Assembly: GCA_951406725.2 (NCBI GenBank)
Contig: OX597828.1
Location: 48,670,001 to 48,734,000 of the forward strand
From: Octopus vulgaris
Taxonomy: Eukaryota
Direction: 5' to 3'
Length of the DNA: 64,000 nt
In this document: piece by piece, positions 1 through 18,502 of the stretch
How the letters are laid out: each line of letters opens with the position of its first letter
Position numbering within the stretch: position 1 is the stretch's first letter
Translations under genes and position numbers: made by a program
The notes under the pieces: generated by a model
What the model was told of the DNA's origin: nothing
The model's input: only the letters and a program-made list of their open reading frames with translations
Database searches by the model: none

Positions 1-539
1 GTTTTTAATTACTTAAATTCTTCCTCTGAGAAAGGATGTGGTTTCTAACAAAATTACAAAGCCCCATCGTTGGAATGTAGATAAAAAAAACAATGTCGCA
101 TTTTAAACTTGAGAAAAGTTTTGTATATTTTTACTGTTCCACTTACAGATTGCATTTGTAATGTGTGGGCTAGCAGAAACGTTAGCACGCCAGGTGTAAT
201 GCTTGGCAGCATTTCGTTTGCCTTTACGTTCTGAGTTCAAATTCCGCCAGGGTCGACTTTGCCTTTCATCCTTCCGGAGTCGATAAATTAAGTACCAGTT
301 GCGTACTGAGGTCGATCTATTCAACTGCCCTCCCCCCACCACCACCAGCAGAAATTTCGGGACTTGTGCCTAGAGTAGAAAAGAAAAGAATGTGTGGGCT
401 GGTTGGTTGATTTCTGTTTCTGAAAACCCTAACTTATCCAGATTGTCAGTTAAGTATTTACTCACAAAACTAAGTGCACCAATTATTATTGGTATAAATG
501 TGAATTTATAATCTGGGTATATATGGTAAAGTCGTAAAA

Positions 540-1250
540 ATTCTCCAAGAACCACTTCTGCCTGTTTCTGGCGGCATGGCAAGGATCCGAATGCGGTTGT
601 CATACACATGGTCTTCTAGTAGCTACTCTGTCCAGTAAGCGATCGATCACGGACTCCAGGCGCTTCACATAGCCATCTCAATTAAGCCTACGGCCCTGTT
701 TAAAGATGTGGGGATGAATTTCGGTGAGCGGATGCCATCAGAACACCTGTTCTGTCCCTTCCTCCTTGCTACGGTTTCGTAGTCTCCGTTACAGCTGTCC
801 AGAACGTTGAGTAGAAGCCATGATGTCAGCATTGTGATACGCGGCGCAAATCGTCATGATATATATTTCTTTACTACCCAGAAGGGGCTAAACACAGAGG
901 GGACAAACAAGGACAGACAAAGGGATTAAGTCGATTACATCGACCCCAGTGCGTAACTGGTACTTAATTTATCGACCCCGAAAGGATGAAAGGCAAAGTC
1001 GACCTCGACGGAATTTGAACTCAGAACGTAACGGCAGACGAAATACTGCTTAGCATTTCGCCCCGCGTGCTAACGTTTCTGCCAGCTCACCGCCTCAAAT
1101 CGTCATGATAAAGGTTACTCTTTTCCAATATTCAGAGGGCTTCCAGTCCCCCATGTCAGTTCACTACAACTTTAATCTTTATACCATCCTAACGCCGTTC
1201 ACTGTCCACCAATACATCAAGCTGTTCCCCGGAAAAAAAGGGAAACAAAA
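540..1250 (-). mobile_element. Possible degenerate RTE-like LINE fragment interrupted by a SINE
   Basis: GC-richer segment. Minus-strand translation RRLRNRSKEEGTEQVF*WHP loosely resembles the RTE C-terminal RRLRFAGHCxRSKEExxSQVLLWxP. Confidence 0.35.
862..1095 (-). mobile_element. tRNA-derived SINE family A, full length with 15-bp TSD
   Basis: Head ggcggtgagctggcagaa, B-box-like gagttcaaattcc, central gcctttcatcctttcggggtcgataaattaagtaccag; TSD caaatcgtcatgata at 847-861 and 1096-1110. Other copies at about 165-385, 29716-30110, 30925-31385, 31577-31746, 44307-44530, 45815-46240, 57570-57790. Confidence 0.9.
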
Positions 1251-1276
1251 ATCGTCAAATTTAGCCCGAACGTCTA

Positions 1277-1700
1277 TACTCTTTACTCTTTTACTCTTTT
1301 ACTTGTTTCAGTCATTTGACTGCGGCCATGCTGGAGCACCGCCTTTAGTCGAGCAATTCGACCCCGGGACTTATTCTTTAGTAAGCCCAGTACTTATTCT
1401 ATCGGTCTCTTTTGCCGAACCGATAAGTAACGGGGACGTAACCACACCAGCATCGGTTGTCAAGCAATGCTAGGGGGACAAACACACTCACACAAACACA
1501 CACACGTATATATATATATATAAATATACATATATACGACAGGCTTCTTTCAGTTTCCGTCTACCAAATCCACCCACAAGGCATTGGTCGGCCCGGGGCT
1601 ATAGCAGAAGACACTTGCCCAAGATGCCACGCAGTGGGACTGAACCCGGAACCATGTGGTTGGTAGGCAAGCTACTTACCACACAGCCACTCCTGCGCCT
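1277..1700 (-). mobile_element. tRNA-derived SINE family B (CORE-like block, internal microsatellite, (GTAAAAGA)n tail)
   Basis: Head aggcgcaggagtggctgtgtggtaag...gggttcagtccc, then ttgggcaagtgtcttct. Other copies at about 3308-3722(-), 6708-7125(+), 23365-23760(-), 27746-28160(-), 28161-28455(+), 48970-49332(-), 50945-51180(+). Confidence 0.9.
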
Positions 1701-3011
1701 ATGTGTGTCTATGTACAAAAGCACGCACACACACACACACACACATACCCACACACACACATATACACGTATTAGTAATGGATACACACGCATTAACTTT
1801 CACAAGGTAAACCTACGTTGACTGACTTTTAAATTTCGGAGCTTGCATTACACTGACGAAGGTGAGGAACCCGAAACTTCGAAGTTACTTTCGACCATTT
1901 CCTCGTAAAATTTTAAATCTACATGTACTTTATGTACTTTACTAAAAAGTTGTGCGTACTCTTTCAGTTTAATCGTAAGCTGCTTTTCATATATCATACT
2001 TGTCATTAAGAAGAAAGAAACAAGCATATATACATACCTACATATATATGTATATATATATATATATATATATACATATACACACATATTCACAGACATA
2101 CTCACACATACATACGTACATGTATATACATATATGTGTGTGTGTATATATATACACACACACATATAGACAGACATACACACACATACATACGTACATG
2201 TATATATATGTATGTATGTATATAAATGTATATATATATATATGTGTGTACGTATATAAATGTATATATATATATATAATTAAATATACAACCGAAAGAG
2301 GGAAAGACAAAGAAAGAGAGAGAGAGAGAAGAGAGGGAGACATACATGTTCCAGTGATATTAATAATTCATATAGTAACTTGACAAATTTACAGGAAATC
2401 CCTCTGTCAACACACGCACACACACACACACACACAATGAACGAACCTGATTATAAATGACATCGGCAACTACAACAATAACAACGACGATGACGACGAC
2501 GACGACGACGACGGCAAAGCCGACAGCGATGAAAAAAAAACAACATAGCAACAACAATATCAATAACAAGCACAACAAGGTCTGTGATATGAAGATCAAG
2601 AACAATGGCGAGATTAAGAAGGGTCAGATTGACCCTGTCAATTATGTAGTGGGTGGGAGGGAAGCGGGGGTGAAGAGAGAGAGAGAGAGAGAGAGAGAGA
2701 GTCTCTTGGCTGAGATTAAAGTTCTGAAGAATTCCTTGCAGTGATGACGGACAAATGCTGACATGAGACATACCTTGTCAGCATGCCGCCACGAACTCTT
2801 TAATCTCGACGATGTTTCTTTTCAAGTAGGACTATCTCTTTACATACACGCCAACCATACACGTATGTATACGCCATCGCGCGCGCACATAGACACCACA
2901 CATACACACACGCACGCACGCACACACTCACTCACACACACACACACACATGGCTACATATAGATACACGCATACACAAGCGCGAATATAGGCTCACACA
3001 CACACTGAGTC

Positions 3012-3073
<62 letters not shown>

Positions 3074-3076
<3 letters not shown>

Positions 3077-3261
3077 GGTCCCGGGTTGAGTCGGGGTTAA
3101 CCACAATAAATAAGGTACTCAATACATGGCAGAGTAAATTAATTTATTTTATTGAAGGAGCTTCTACAGGACTAGAACTGTTTCATTCAAATGAAATCAT
3201 CCGGAAGCTTCCTGATGATTTCATTTGAATGAAACAGTTCTAGTCCTGTAGAAGCTCCTAT

Positions 3262-3265
<4 letters not shown>
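3074..3265 (-). mobile_element. Short Penelope-like terminal-repeat element with inverted duplication, in (TA)n
   Basis: The same unique sequence occurs in the opposite orientation at 25490-25640; contains hammerhead motifs; (TA)n on both flanks. Confidence 0.7.
3206..3256 (+). ncRNA. Type I hammerhead ribozyme motif (Penelope-type) within a 104-bp palindrome
   Basis: Helix I agcttc/gaagct; CTGATGA 3212-3218; helix II ttc-attt-gaa; GAAA 3231-3234; helix III cag/ctg; GUA cleavage after 3250. Confidence 0.8.
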
Positions 3266-3310
<45 letters not shown>

Positions 3311-3719
3311 CTCTTTTACTCTTTTACTTGTTTCAGTCATTTGACTGCGGCCATGCTGGAGCAAAGGCCTTTAGTCGAGCAAATCGACCCCGGGACTTAT
3401 TCTTTGTAAGCCCAGTACTTATTATATTGGTTCTCTTTTGCCGAACCGCTAAGTGACGGGGAGGTAATCACACCAGCATCGGTTGTCAAGCAATGCTAGG
3501 GGGACAAACACAGACACGCAAACACACACACACACACATACATAGATATACATATATACGACGGGCTTCTTTCAGTTTCCGTCTACCAAATCCACTCACA
3601 AGGCATTGGTCGGTCCGGGTCTATAGCAGAAGACACTTGCCCAAGATGCCACGCAGTGGGACTGAACCCGGAACCATGTGGTTTGTAAGCAAGCTACTTA
3701 CCACACAGCCACTCCTACG

Positions 3720-3785
<66 letters not shown>

Positions 3786-3999
3786 TGTATGTATGTATGT
3801 ATGTATGTATGCATAGGAGCAGGCGTGGATGTGTGGTAAAACGTTTGCTTTCCAACCACATGGTTCCGGGTTCAAAGCCATTGCGTAGTACCTTGGACGA
3901 GTGTATTCTACAATAACCTTGAGCTGACCAAACCCTAGTGGGTGGATTTTGCAGAAGGAAACTGAAAGAAGCCCATCGTATATACATACATACATATAT

Positions 4000-4095
<96 letters not shown>

Positions 4096-4348
4096 AAGCA
4101 TACATCTATAATCTTGTTTACAGGGGGATTTTTAGAAAAAAAGAATAACGAATAGTTCAGAATTACAGAGAATACATAATTCCTTGCCTTTACTATCCAT
4201 CCCCCTAGGAATGTTAATAACAAGGTTGTTGTATCTGAAGTCAATTGCAACAGAATCAAGTTTATGTCTAGTAACTCTAAAATTAAAAATTCTAAATACC
4301 AGTGTAAAATTACTTCTGGTAATGAAGTATTTTTTTTTATATAGGCAG

Positions 4349-4405
<57 letters not shown>

Positions 4406-4725
4406 CTGGCACTTCGTCCGTTACGACGACGACAAGGGTTCCAGTTGATCCGATCAACAGAACACCTTGCTCGTGAAATTAACGTGTAAGTGGCTGAGCA
4501 CTCCACGGACATGCATACCCTTAACGTAGTTCTCAGGGAGATTTAGTGTGACACAGAATGTAACTAGACTGGCCCTTTGAAATACAGGTACTACTTATTT
4601 TTGCCAGCTGAGTTGACTGGAGCAACGTTAAATAAAGTGTCATGCTCAAGGACACAACTCGCCACCAGGAATTGAACACACGACTTTACAATCGTGAGTC
4701 GAATACCATAACCATTAAGCCACGC
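4406..4725 (-). mobile_element. SINE with head type D and tail type 2
   Basis: The 3' half matches 36830-37010; the head resembles 37148-37290. Confidence 0.7.
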
Positions 4726-5389
4726 TTAGTGTGTTTATGCATTTATACATACATTTTTACTGTGAGATCTAATTTCCCTTAATCTAAATCTGAAAATACC
4801 AATCTTTATGCACGCTTTAAAATTAACCTTATTCTATTTATGGGCGAGCCCTAGGCTTTCATCCCCGAAGTACGTGTAATTATTTCGCAAATAGAAATAA
4901 TACATTTCTAAATCTCTCAGAGAGATTTATACAGTAGTAACACGATAAATTGGTGGTATGTTGTCAACTTAATGTGAGTCCCATGAAAAGGAACAATACT
5001 AATACTCTCCCCCACCGACCAACCACCCGCGCTATCTCTAAAAATAGCAAATATTTCTTATATACACGCAATACAGAAGATGATGGGTGGGAAGGTTGGT
5101 CATTCCCTTAAAATTCTGTGTAAATTCTTAAATATAATTCCTTCTGTATATATACTTCTATACAACCATGATTTTTGATGAACTTATAAATAATTATAAA
5201 TTTATTTTACTACCTATTTTGAACACTTTCATGTAAACTGTTTAAACAAAAAGCCCCAAAAGAGACCAATATAATAAGTACTAGGCTTACAAAGAGTAAG
5301 TCCTGGGGTCGATTTGTTCGACTAAAGGCGGTACTCTAGCATGGCCGCAGTCAAATAACTGAAACAAATAGCAGAATAAAAGAATATAT

Positions 5390-5470
5390 ATGTGGTGCTA
5401 TTTGCCAGTTGGTGGTATTAAGTTAGACACGGTCGGGGCCAATACTGGCCGAAACCTATCAAAGTTTATG
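5390..5470 (+). mobile_element. Very short 3'-terminal fragment related to the 34.5-35.3 kb LINE family
   Basis: ggtggtattaagttagacacggtcggggccaatactggccgaaacctatcaaagttta resembles 35215-35277. Confidence 0.6.
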
Positions 5471-5604
5471 GATAGTTTTTCAGGAGAACAAAATACGAAG
5501 ACAGATGAGGGAACAGCAAGCAGGTGTATTAGTTTGACGCTCGGGAAGAATAGAAAAGTCATTTACGTTTCGAGCCGCGTGTGTGTGTGTGTGTGTCTGT
5601 GTGT

Positions 5605-5643
<39 letters not shown>

Positions 5644-6354
5644 TGTGTCTGTGTGTGTGTGCGTGTGCTTACGTGTGTTAGTATGTGTGTACTTGTGCGT
5701 GTGTGTGTGTATGTATGTATGTATGTATGTATGTATGTATGTATGTATGTATGTATGTATGTATGTATGTACGTATGTTAGTATGTATGTATGTATACGA
5801 TGAGCTTCCTTCAGTTTCCGTCTACGAAAACCGACTTTAGTCGACTCGGAGCTTTAGTAGAAGACATTTTCCCAAGGCATAATGCAGTGGGAATGAGCCC
5901 AAGACCACATTAACTGAGAAGCAAGCTTCTCAACCACAAGGGTCAGGCATGCATCTATTTAACGGAAATTCTGGTCGGAATTTTCTGCCAATATTCCTTA
6001 TTTCAAAAACAGTCAAACGCACCTAGCGTTAGACCGATCTTGTTTTCTTCTTTCCATAAACACTTATCTCAAGGCAGTCGAATCTGTAGCTGGCATTGTA
6101 CATTGTTTCAGCAACAATATCTCACCGTATAGGAAGGTAATATCTTCCACTACGGAATCTTTGGGAAGTTACTGATAATATCTTTTAATGTGTTTCACAG
6201 ATACGGCACATAATCGCCATTTCGGGGCCGCATCTTGAGAATCTACTCAGCTTCACTGTCTCCTGTGTTGCTAATTTTGACTCCTGAAGGTTTACCAGGA
6301 GAACAAAATCATTCAACGCACATTAAGTGAGATGAACAGAGATTACATACATCA

Positions 6355-6413
<59 letters not shown>

Positions 6414-6543
6414 TATATATGTGTGTATGTGTGTGTGTGTATTTGTCTGTTTGTGTGTGTGTTTGTGGAAATTAATTACGTAACGGTTCTTTTACCATAT
6501 GTGTGTATGTGTGTGTTATTGTATGTATGTATGTATGTATATA

Positions 6544-6574
<31 letters not shown>

Positions 6575-6617
6575 GTGTATGTATGTATGTGTGTGTGTGT
6601 ATGTATGTATGTATGTA

Positions 6618-6648
<31 letters not shown>

Positions 6649-6866
6649 ATGTGTGTGTGTGTATGTATGTATGTATGTATGTATGTATGTATGTATGTAT
6701 GTATGTATGTGGCTGTGTGGGAAGTAGCTTGATTACGAACCACATGGTTCCGGATTCAGTCCCACTGCGTGGCACCTTGGGAAAGTGTCTTATACTATTG
6801 CCTCCTGCCGACCAAAACCTTGTGAGGGGATTTGGTAGACCGAAAATGAAAGAAGGCCATCGTTTG

Positions 6867-6908
<42 letters not shown>

Positions 6909-7343
6909 TGTGCGTGTATATGCTTGCGTGTCTGTGTTCGTCCCCTTAACATCGCTTGACAACCGATGCTGGTGTGTTTACGTCCTCGTCACATAGCGGT
7001 TCGGCAAAAGAGACCGATGGAATAAGTACTAGGCTTACAAAAAATAAGACTTAGGATCGATTTGTTCGAGTAAACGCGGTGCTCCAGCATGGCCGCAGTC
7101 AAATGCCTGAAACAAGTAAGAGAGATATATGATGCTGAGCATTTCCAGCGAGAAGTGTTGGGCATAATCATCATAACTATCGTCATTATCATCATCATTA
7201 TCATCATCGTTATCTTCATCATCTTGACTGGCATTGTACATTGTTAAAATTTTATAATTTTATATTTTATATAAATATTTTATATTATATTAATTATATA
7301 TTTTTTTATGTTTATCACTGTTTCATTGACTGGCACTCCTGCG

Positions 7344-12169
<4,826 letters not shown>

Positions 12170-12467
12170 GTATGTATATGTATGTATATATATATGTATA
12201 TGTATGTATGTATTGTATGGGAAAACTTATGACGATCATGTCAAATTATAATTGTCTGAGATTCTTGCGTCACATGTAGGTGGTTTTCTTAGTCATCCTC
12301 CTCAGTCGTGGTTGCTCATGTCTACTCGATCCGATCATGATAGCGCTGCGATGGGATACACGCTGATAATTATGTATAAAATGCAAAATATATTATTTTT
12401 TTATAGATTAGGAAGACATAATTCTTCCCTGCTTTTCAATCTCAGTATTTATGCTACACATAATAGG

Positions 12468-12505
<38 letters not shown>

Positions 12506-12817
12506 TATAGATAGACTACCATATCCTATAATTCACATTCTGTCAATTGACAACAAATGAAATGAATTATTATCAGCAATCTCTGATGGTAGACATCATA
12601 ATCACTCATTATCATTACTCATCACCACTCATTATATTCACTCATCTGTGTTATCTAACAACGTAAATTTCATCATAATCATCATCACCATCACCATCAT
12701 GATCATAATCATCATAACTATCGTCATTATTATCATCATTATCATCATCGTTATCTTCATCATCTTGACTGAAGGAAAGTGGAACTTTGATAGAAACCAG
12801 AATAAAAATTTTGAGAA

Positions 12818-13215
12818 AGTAGTGGCTGTGTGGTAAGTAGCTTGCCTACCAACCACATGGTTCCGGGTTCAGTCCCACTGCGTGGCGTCTTGGGCAAGTG
12901 TCTTCTACTCTAGCCCCGGGCCAACCAATGCCTTGTGAGTGGATTTGGTAGACGGAAACTGAAAGAAGCCTGTCGTATATATGTATATATATATGTATGT
13001 GTATGTTTGTGTGTCTGTGTTTGTCCTCCTAGCATTGCTTGACAACCGATGCTGGTGTGTTTACGTCCCCGTCACTTAGCGGTTCGGCAAAAGAGACCGA
13101 TAGAATAAGTACTGGGCTTACAAAGAATAAGTCCCGGGGTCGATTTGCTCGACTAAAGGCGGTGCTCCAGCATGGCCGCAGTCAAATGACTGAAACAAGT
13201 AAAAGAGAAAAGAGA
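12818..13215 (+). mobile_element. SINE family B, near full length
   Basis: Reverse complement of 1277-1700 along its length. Confidence 0.9.
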
Positions 13216-14078
13216 GAGAGAGAGAGTAAGGATAGGCACAACGCAGCAGCAGCAGCAGTAGCAGCAGCAACAACAACAAAACGGCAAACAGCATCGAGCA
13301 CATTAACAACATTAAGAGAAATAACAACAACAACAACAACAACAACATCGCCGAAAACCCATTTAAACTAGGAACGACGAGAACAACAGCAAGAGCAACA
13401 CCAACAACATTAGCAACAAGAATAATTACAACGATATTAACAGGAACATGTAAAAAACGACAACAACTACAACAACTACAAGAATATATTTAAAAAGAAA
13501 AAAAACTCGCCACCAGAGACGTCGAGAATCACAAGTGAAACTTTATGAAACACTGAGACAGATCTGACGTTTTTAGTGTAAACATTGGTGGCTTTGATCT
13601 GGTGATGTATGTCTTTCATTGCGAGGAAGAAGCGGAGGCAGGAGGTCGAATCTTGCGCAAACTGATGTCTCCAATGAGTAAACACACAATAGATAAATGT
13701 TACAAGTACTTTAAAGTACAAGCTTGTTGTTTTGTTTTTGTTTTTTTTTGTTTTTGTTTTTCTTTTTACATCTGTAGAACTCATACCGGAAGTGGCTGCT
13801 TGACAAAGAATTGCGGTGTTAATGGCAGTGTGGAAGACATTTAAGTTGTGGTGGCGATCCTTCCATTGCCTCTCCCATTTCTGTATACTTCAGGAAACAC
13901 ATGCACACACGCGCGCACACATACACGTGAACGCACACACATACACACCCACGCATACATACGCGCATGCACACACATGCACGCACACATATACACACGC
14001 AAGAAGATACACAGACATACACCAGGAAAGACGAGAAAGAGTTGGGAGTGTACTTTCCGTTCTATCTCTTTATATATA

Positions 14079-14167
<89 letters not shown>

Positions 14168-14173
14168 GTACAT

Positions 14174-14250
<77 letters not shown>

Positions 14251-14509
14251 TATTGAAATGGATAAATGAATTATCTTGTTACGGATTATTCAAAAGATAA
14301 CCGAGTGCAGGAGTGGCTATGTGGTAAGAAGCTTGCTTCCTAACCAAATGGTTCCAGGTCCAGTCCCACTGCGTGACACCTTGGTCTTCTACTACAGCTT
14401 CGGGCCTTATTTAATCCGAATTAGGGACTTTGCAGCCTTTGAAACATATGTAGAAAATAATAAAAAGGAATTTTGTTAAATCTTCGTTCAGCTCCATTTC
14501 TTCCTACAC

Positions 14510-14603
<94 letters not shown>

Positions 14604-14620
14604 CATATATATATATATAC

Positions 14621-14689
<69 letters not shown>

Positions 14690-14704
14690 CATATATATAT
14701 ATAC

Positions 14705-14780
<76 letters not shown>

Positions 14781-14951
14781 GTATGTGTGTGTGTGTATGT
14801 GTGTGTGTGTGTATGTGTGTGTGTATGTGTGTGTGTGCATATGAATGTTTATATGTATGTATGTTTTGTCCCTTAAGCTGCTCACGCGTTATACTAATAC
14901 ATCTGTTTGTTGTCTACGTCACCTGTCTTCGTCTTTTGTTTTGTGAATTCT

Positions 14952-15021
<70 letters not shown>

Positions 15022-15124
15022 GGCCCGAAGCTGTAGTAGAAGACCAAGGTGTCACGCAGTGGGACTGGACCTGGAACCATTTGGTTGGGAAGCAAGCTTC
15101 TTACCACATAGCCACTCCTGCACT

Positions 15125-15228
<104 letters not shown>

Positions 15229-15326
15229 TAATCCAAACAAGAAAACAAAACCCCAAAAACAACAACGCAAGGACGTGGAACAAATAAAGTATTATTGGAC
15301 GCTCAGGAAAGACGGGAAGAAGGAGG

Positions 15327-15361
15327 GTTTGACGTTTCGCGCGGAGCTCTTCGTCGGAAAC
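15327..15361 (-). ncRNA. Minimal hammerhead-like motif with variant core in a TA-flanked element (15224-15430)
   Basis: gttt CCGACGA agagc-tcc-gcgc GAAA cg TC aaac; helix I gttt/aaac; ACGT helix III; U4-to-C change in the core. Confidence 0.55.
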
Positions 15362-15427
15362 ATAGGAGAAGGAAAGATCCCGAGAAGGGAAGACAGGGGA
15401 AAAATCGCTAGTGATACAGACGAGGTC

Positions 15428-15491
<64 letters not shown>

Positions 15492-15498
15492 ATGTATG

Positions 15499-15531
<33 letters not shown>

Positions 15532-15534
15532 GTA

Positions 15535-15597
<63 letters not shown>

Positions 15598-16037
15598 GTA
15601 AATTCTTTTAACATTTCCTTAACACTCCCCATATTTTTAAATTATTATTAGTAGTGATCTGGCCTATCTACTTCACACGTATATCTCCTTTATTCTCAAT
15701 AATAATAGGACAATATTGGGATTCATGGCTTTCCTGCCTTCCTTTTTTTTCTTTTCTGTTTGTATGTGTGTGTGTGTGTGTTGGGTGGAGGTGATATCGG
15801 CTCTGTTTTTCCTTTTCTGTTAATTCTTGCCTTTCGACTTGTAACTTCATATCGGCTATATAAATGATTTCTAAATTTCGATATTTAAGCTAGCATAAAT
15901 TCAGATCCGTACATTTTGACACGGTGTTGTAACTATAACTGCAATTGTAATTTGGCCCTTCAGTACTTGATGACAAAAATATAACCCACTCGATCCCAGA
16001 GAAAAAGAAATAAATCGTTTTTCTTTTATTAGAATTA

Positions 16038-16423
16038 CTAGCAGTATCGCCCGTCCTTGCTCGGGTTTGTAAGGGAAATAACTATATAAGCATTTTTAGA
16101 GAGTTATAACCAAAAAATAGCAAAAAAATGCATTAAAAATGGAAAAAAATATGGTAAATTTTTTTTTAAATCGTTGACTCATCGTAGACATTTTTAGAGA
16201 GTTACTTCCCTTATATAATAGCGAAAAAATGCATTAAAATGGAAAACAATGATGGTAATTTTTTTTTTAATCGTAGACTCATCGTAGACGCGCGCTAATA
16301 CCCAGAAGGGCTCGATATGAATCACGACTATAAGATACCCGGTTTTGGTTAAACTGCACCGCAAAATGTGGGAGTAGTTAGGAATCTAAATCGTAGCAGA
16401 CAGACACACAACCTCTCTTTTAT
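16038..16423 (-). mobile_element. Non-autonomous Helitron of the 37.8-kb family, lacking the 5' tip
   Basis: CTAG|T 3' end at 16038-16041 with hairpin remnant; long shared blocks with 37790-38185. Confidence 0.75.
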
Positions 16424-17024
16424 TAGAATTATATTATAACAATCGGCAGAACCAACAGTCCGTCAAACAGAAACCCGAGCGAGAACACACACATGGAAAA
16501 GAGAATGACATGCAATGAGGCGACCGGTTGAACAGCACGTATTATTCTTAACATACCGTTTATTGTATAAACTACTTTTCATTACTCAAATATATACATT
16601 ATTTGTTTGTCTAAGCCAACCTCGTCTTTCCACCACAAGAGTGTTGTTCTGTTTCTCCATTAGATTTATCCTATTCTCTTCTATTTAAGTACTTATAGGT
16701 TATTAATGCTGGCAATGTGATTATTTCTCTCTCTCTCTCTCTCTTTCTTGGTATATTAATTATTTTTCTTTTTCCTTTCCTCGCCTTTCTTTTCCCTCCT
16801 CCTTCTCCTCCGAAACTTCGCAAAGTCCTTCGCTATTTTCTACGTTTTTCCTTTAATCATTTTCCCTTGAATAATAATTAGCTAGGTCTCCCTTAATTAC
16901 GACTAACATTCTATTAGTTCTGCAATAATTAATCGGAACACCTTAATCAAGAGAAATTACAAAAATGAATAAGCAACGCTTGAAATGATTAACCATATCA
17001 CTCCTTTAATTTACTAAACAATAT

Positions 17025-17328
17025 CACGTGATCACGTGACCGACCAGTCCATCAGATGTAGTTACACATCGCTGGTCACAATGCGTTCGCATTGTTTTAG
17101 CCTTTGAATGACGCCACCCCGCTGGCTAAGCGAGCAGGCCAACAGAAGAAAGAGTGGGAGAAAGAGTGGTGAAAGAGTACAGCAGGGATCACCACCCCCT
17201 GCTGGAGACTCGTGGAGCTTTTAGGTGTTTTCGCTCAATAAATACTCACAACGCCCGGTCTGGGAATCGAAACCGCAATCCTACGACCGCGAGTCTGCTG
17301 CCCTAACCACTGGGCCATTGCGCCTCCA
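17025..17328 (-). mobile_element. tRNA-derived SINE family C, tail type 1; second copy at about 17910-18190
   Basis: Head tggaggcgcaatggcccagtggttagggcagc; TSD tactaaacaatat at 17012-17024 and 17329-17341. Confidence 0.88.
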
Positions 17329-18215
17329 TACTAAACAATATAACACAGCAAATGCTCACATTTTTTTTTTCAAGAACAACTTCGGCAACTGTCTTCTAAT
17401 ACGTTTGTTAGAGTCAAATGTCATACTTGGCACCTTTAATCTACTGGTATATAAGACTGTTTTGCCAGTACCATATTTTACGAGTGATGTCGCTAAGTTT
17501 AATGATATCTTTATAATACATATACCTTTTAACTATAATTTAGAAACTCATTTGCCATCCAGTCTCGTAATTCACTGGTTTCAGTCCCATCCACTTTCCA
17601 TTTCCTAAGTGTTGGTAATTCTGACCCGAAGTTTCACTTGTTGATGATCTGTTGTTAAATCAGCATATCACTGCTCGCTTGTACATTTGGTGAACCTGAT
17701 GAGTTGAGAGACGCTTAACGTATCACATATTCTTATAGATGCAGTACATACAGCATACCTAACTGTACCATGTTTATGTCACAATAAAGAATCTTAATAA
17801 AACAATCGTAACAGTACCAGATAACCCATTTCTCTGTTTTCACTATAAGCACACAAACGCACGCACTCACACACACACTCACACACGTATATGTATAAAT
17901 ATATATATGTCAGCGTGACCGACGAGGCTATCAGATGTTGCTACACATCGCTGGTCACAATGCGCTTCGCCTTGTTTTAGGCTTCAAATGACGCCACCCC
18001 ACTGGCTAAACGAGCCGGCCAACAGAATAAAGAGTGAGAGAAAGTTGTGGCGAAAGAGTACAACAGGGATCGCCCCTCCCCCTGTCAGAGCCTCGAGAAG
18101 ATTTAGGTGTTTTCGCTCAATAAACACTCACAACGCCCGGTCTGGGAATCGAAACCGCAAGTCCGCTGCCCTAACCACTTTGCGCCTCCACCCTACACAC
18201 ACACACACATACATA

Positions 18216-18254
<39 letters not shown>

Positions 18255-18257
18255 ACG

Positions 18258-18300
<43 letters not shown>

Positions 18301-18327
18301 GTGTATGTATGTATGTATGTATATATA

Positions 18328-18363
<36 letters not shown>

Positions 18364-18365
18364 TG

Positions 18366-18408
<43 letters not shown>

Positions 18409-18430
18409 GTATATATATATATATACATAC

Positions 18431-18502
<72 letters not shown>

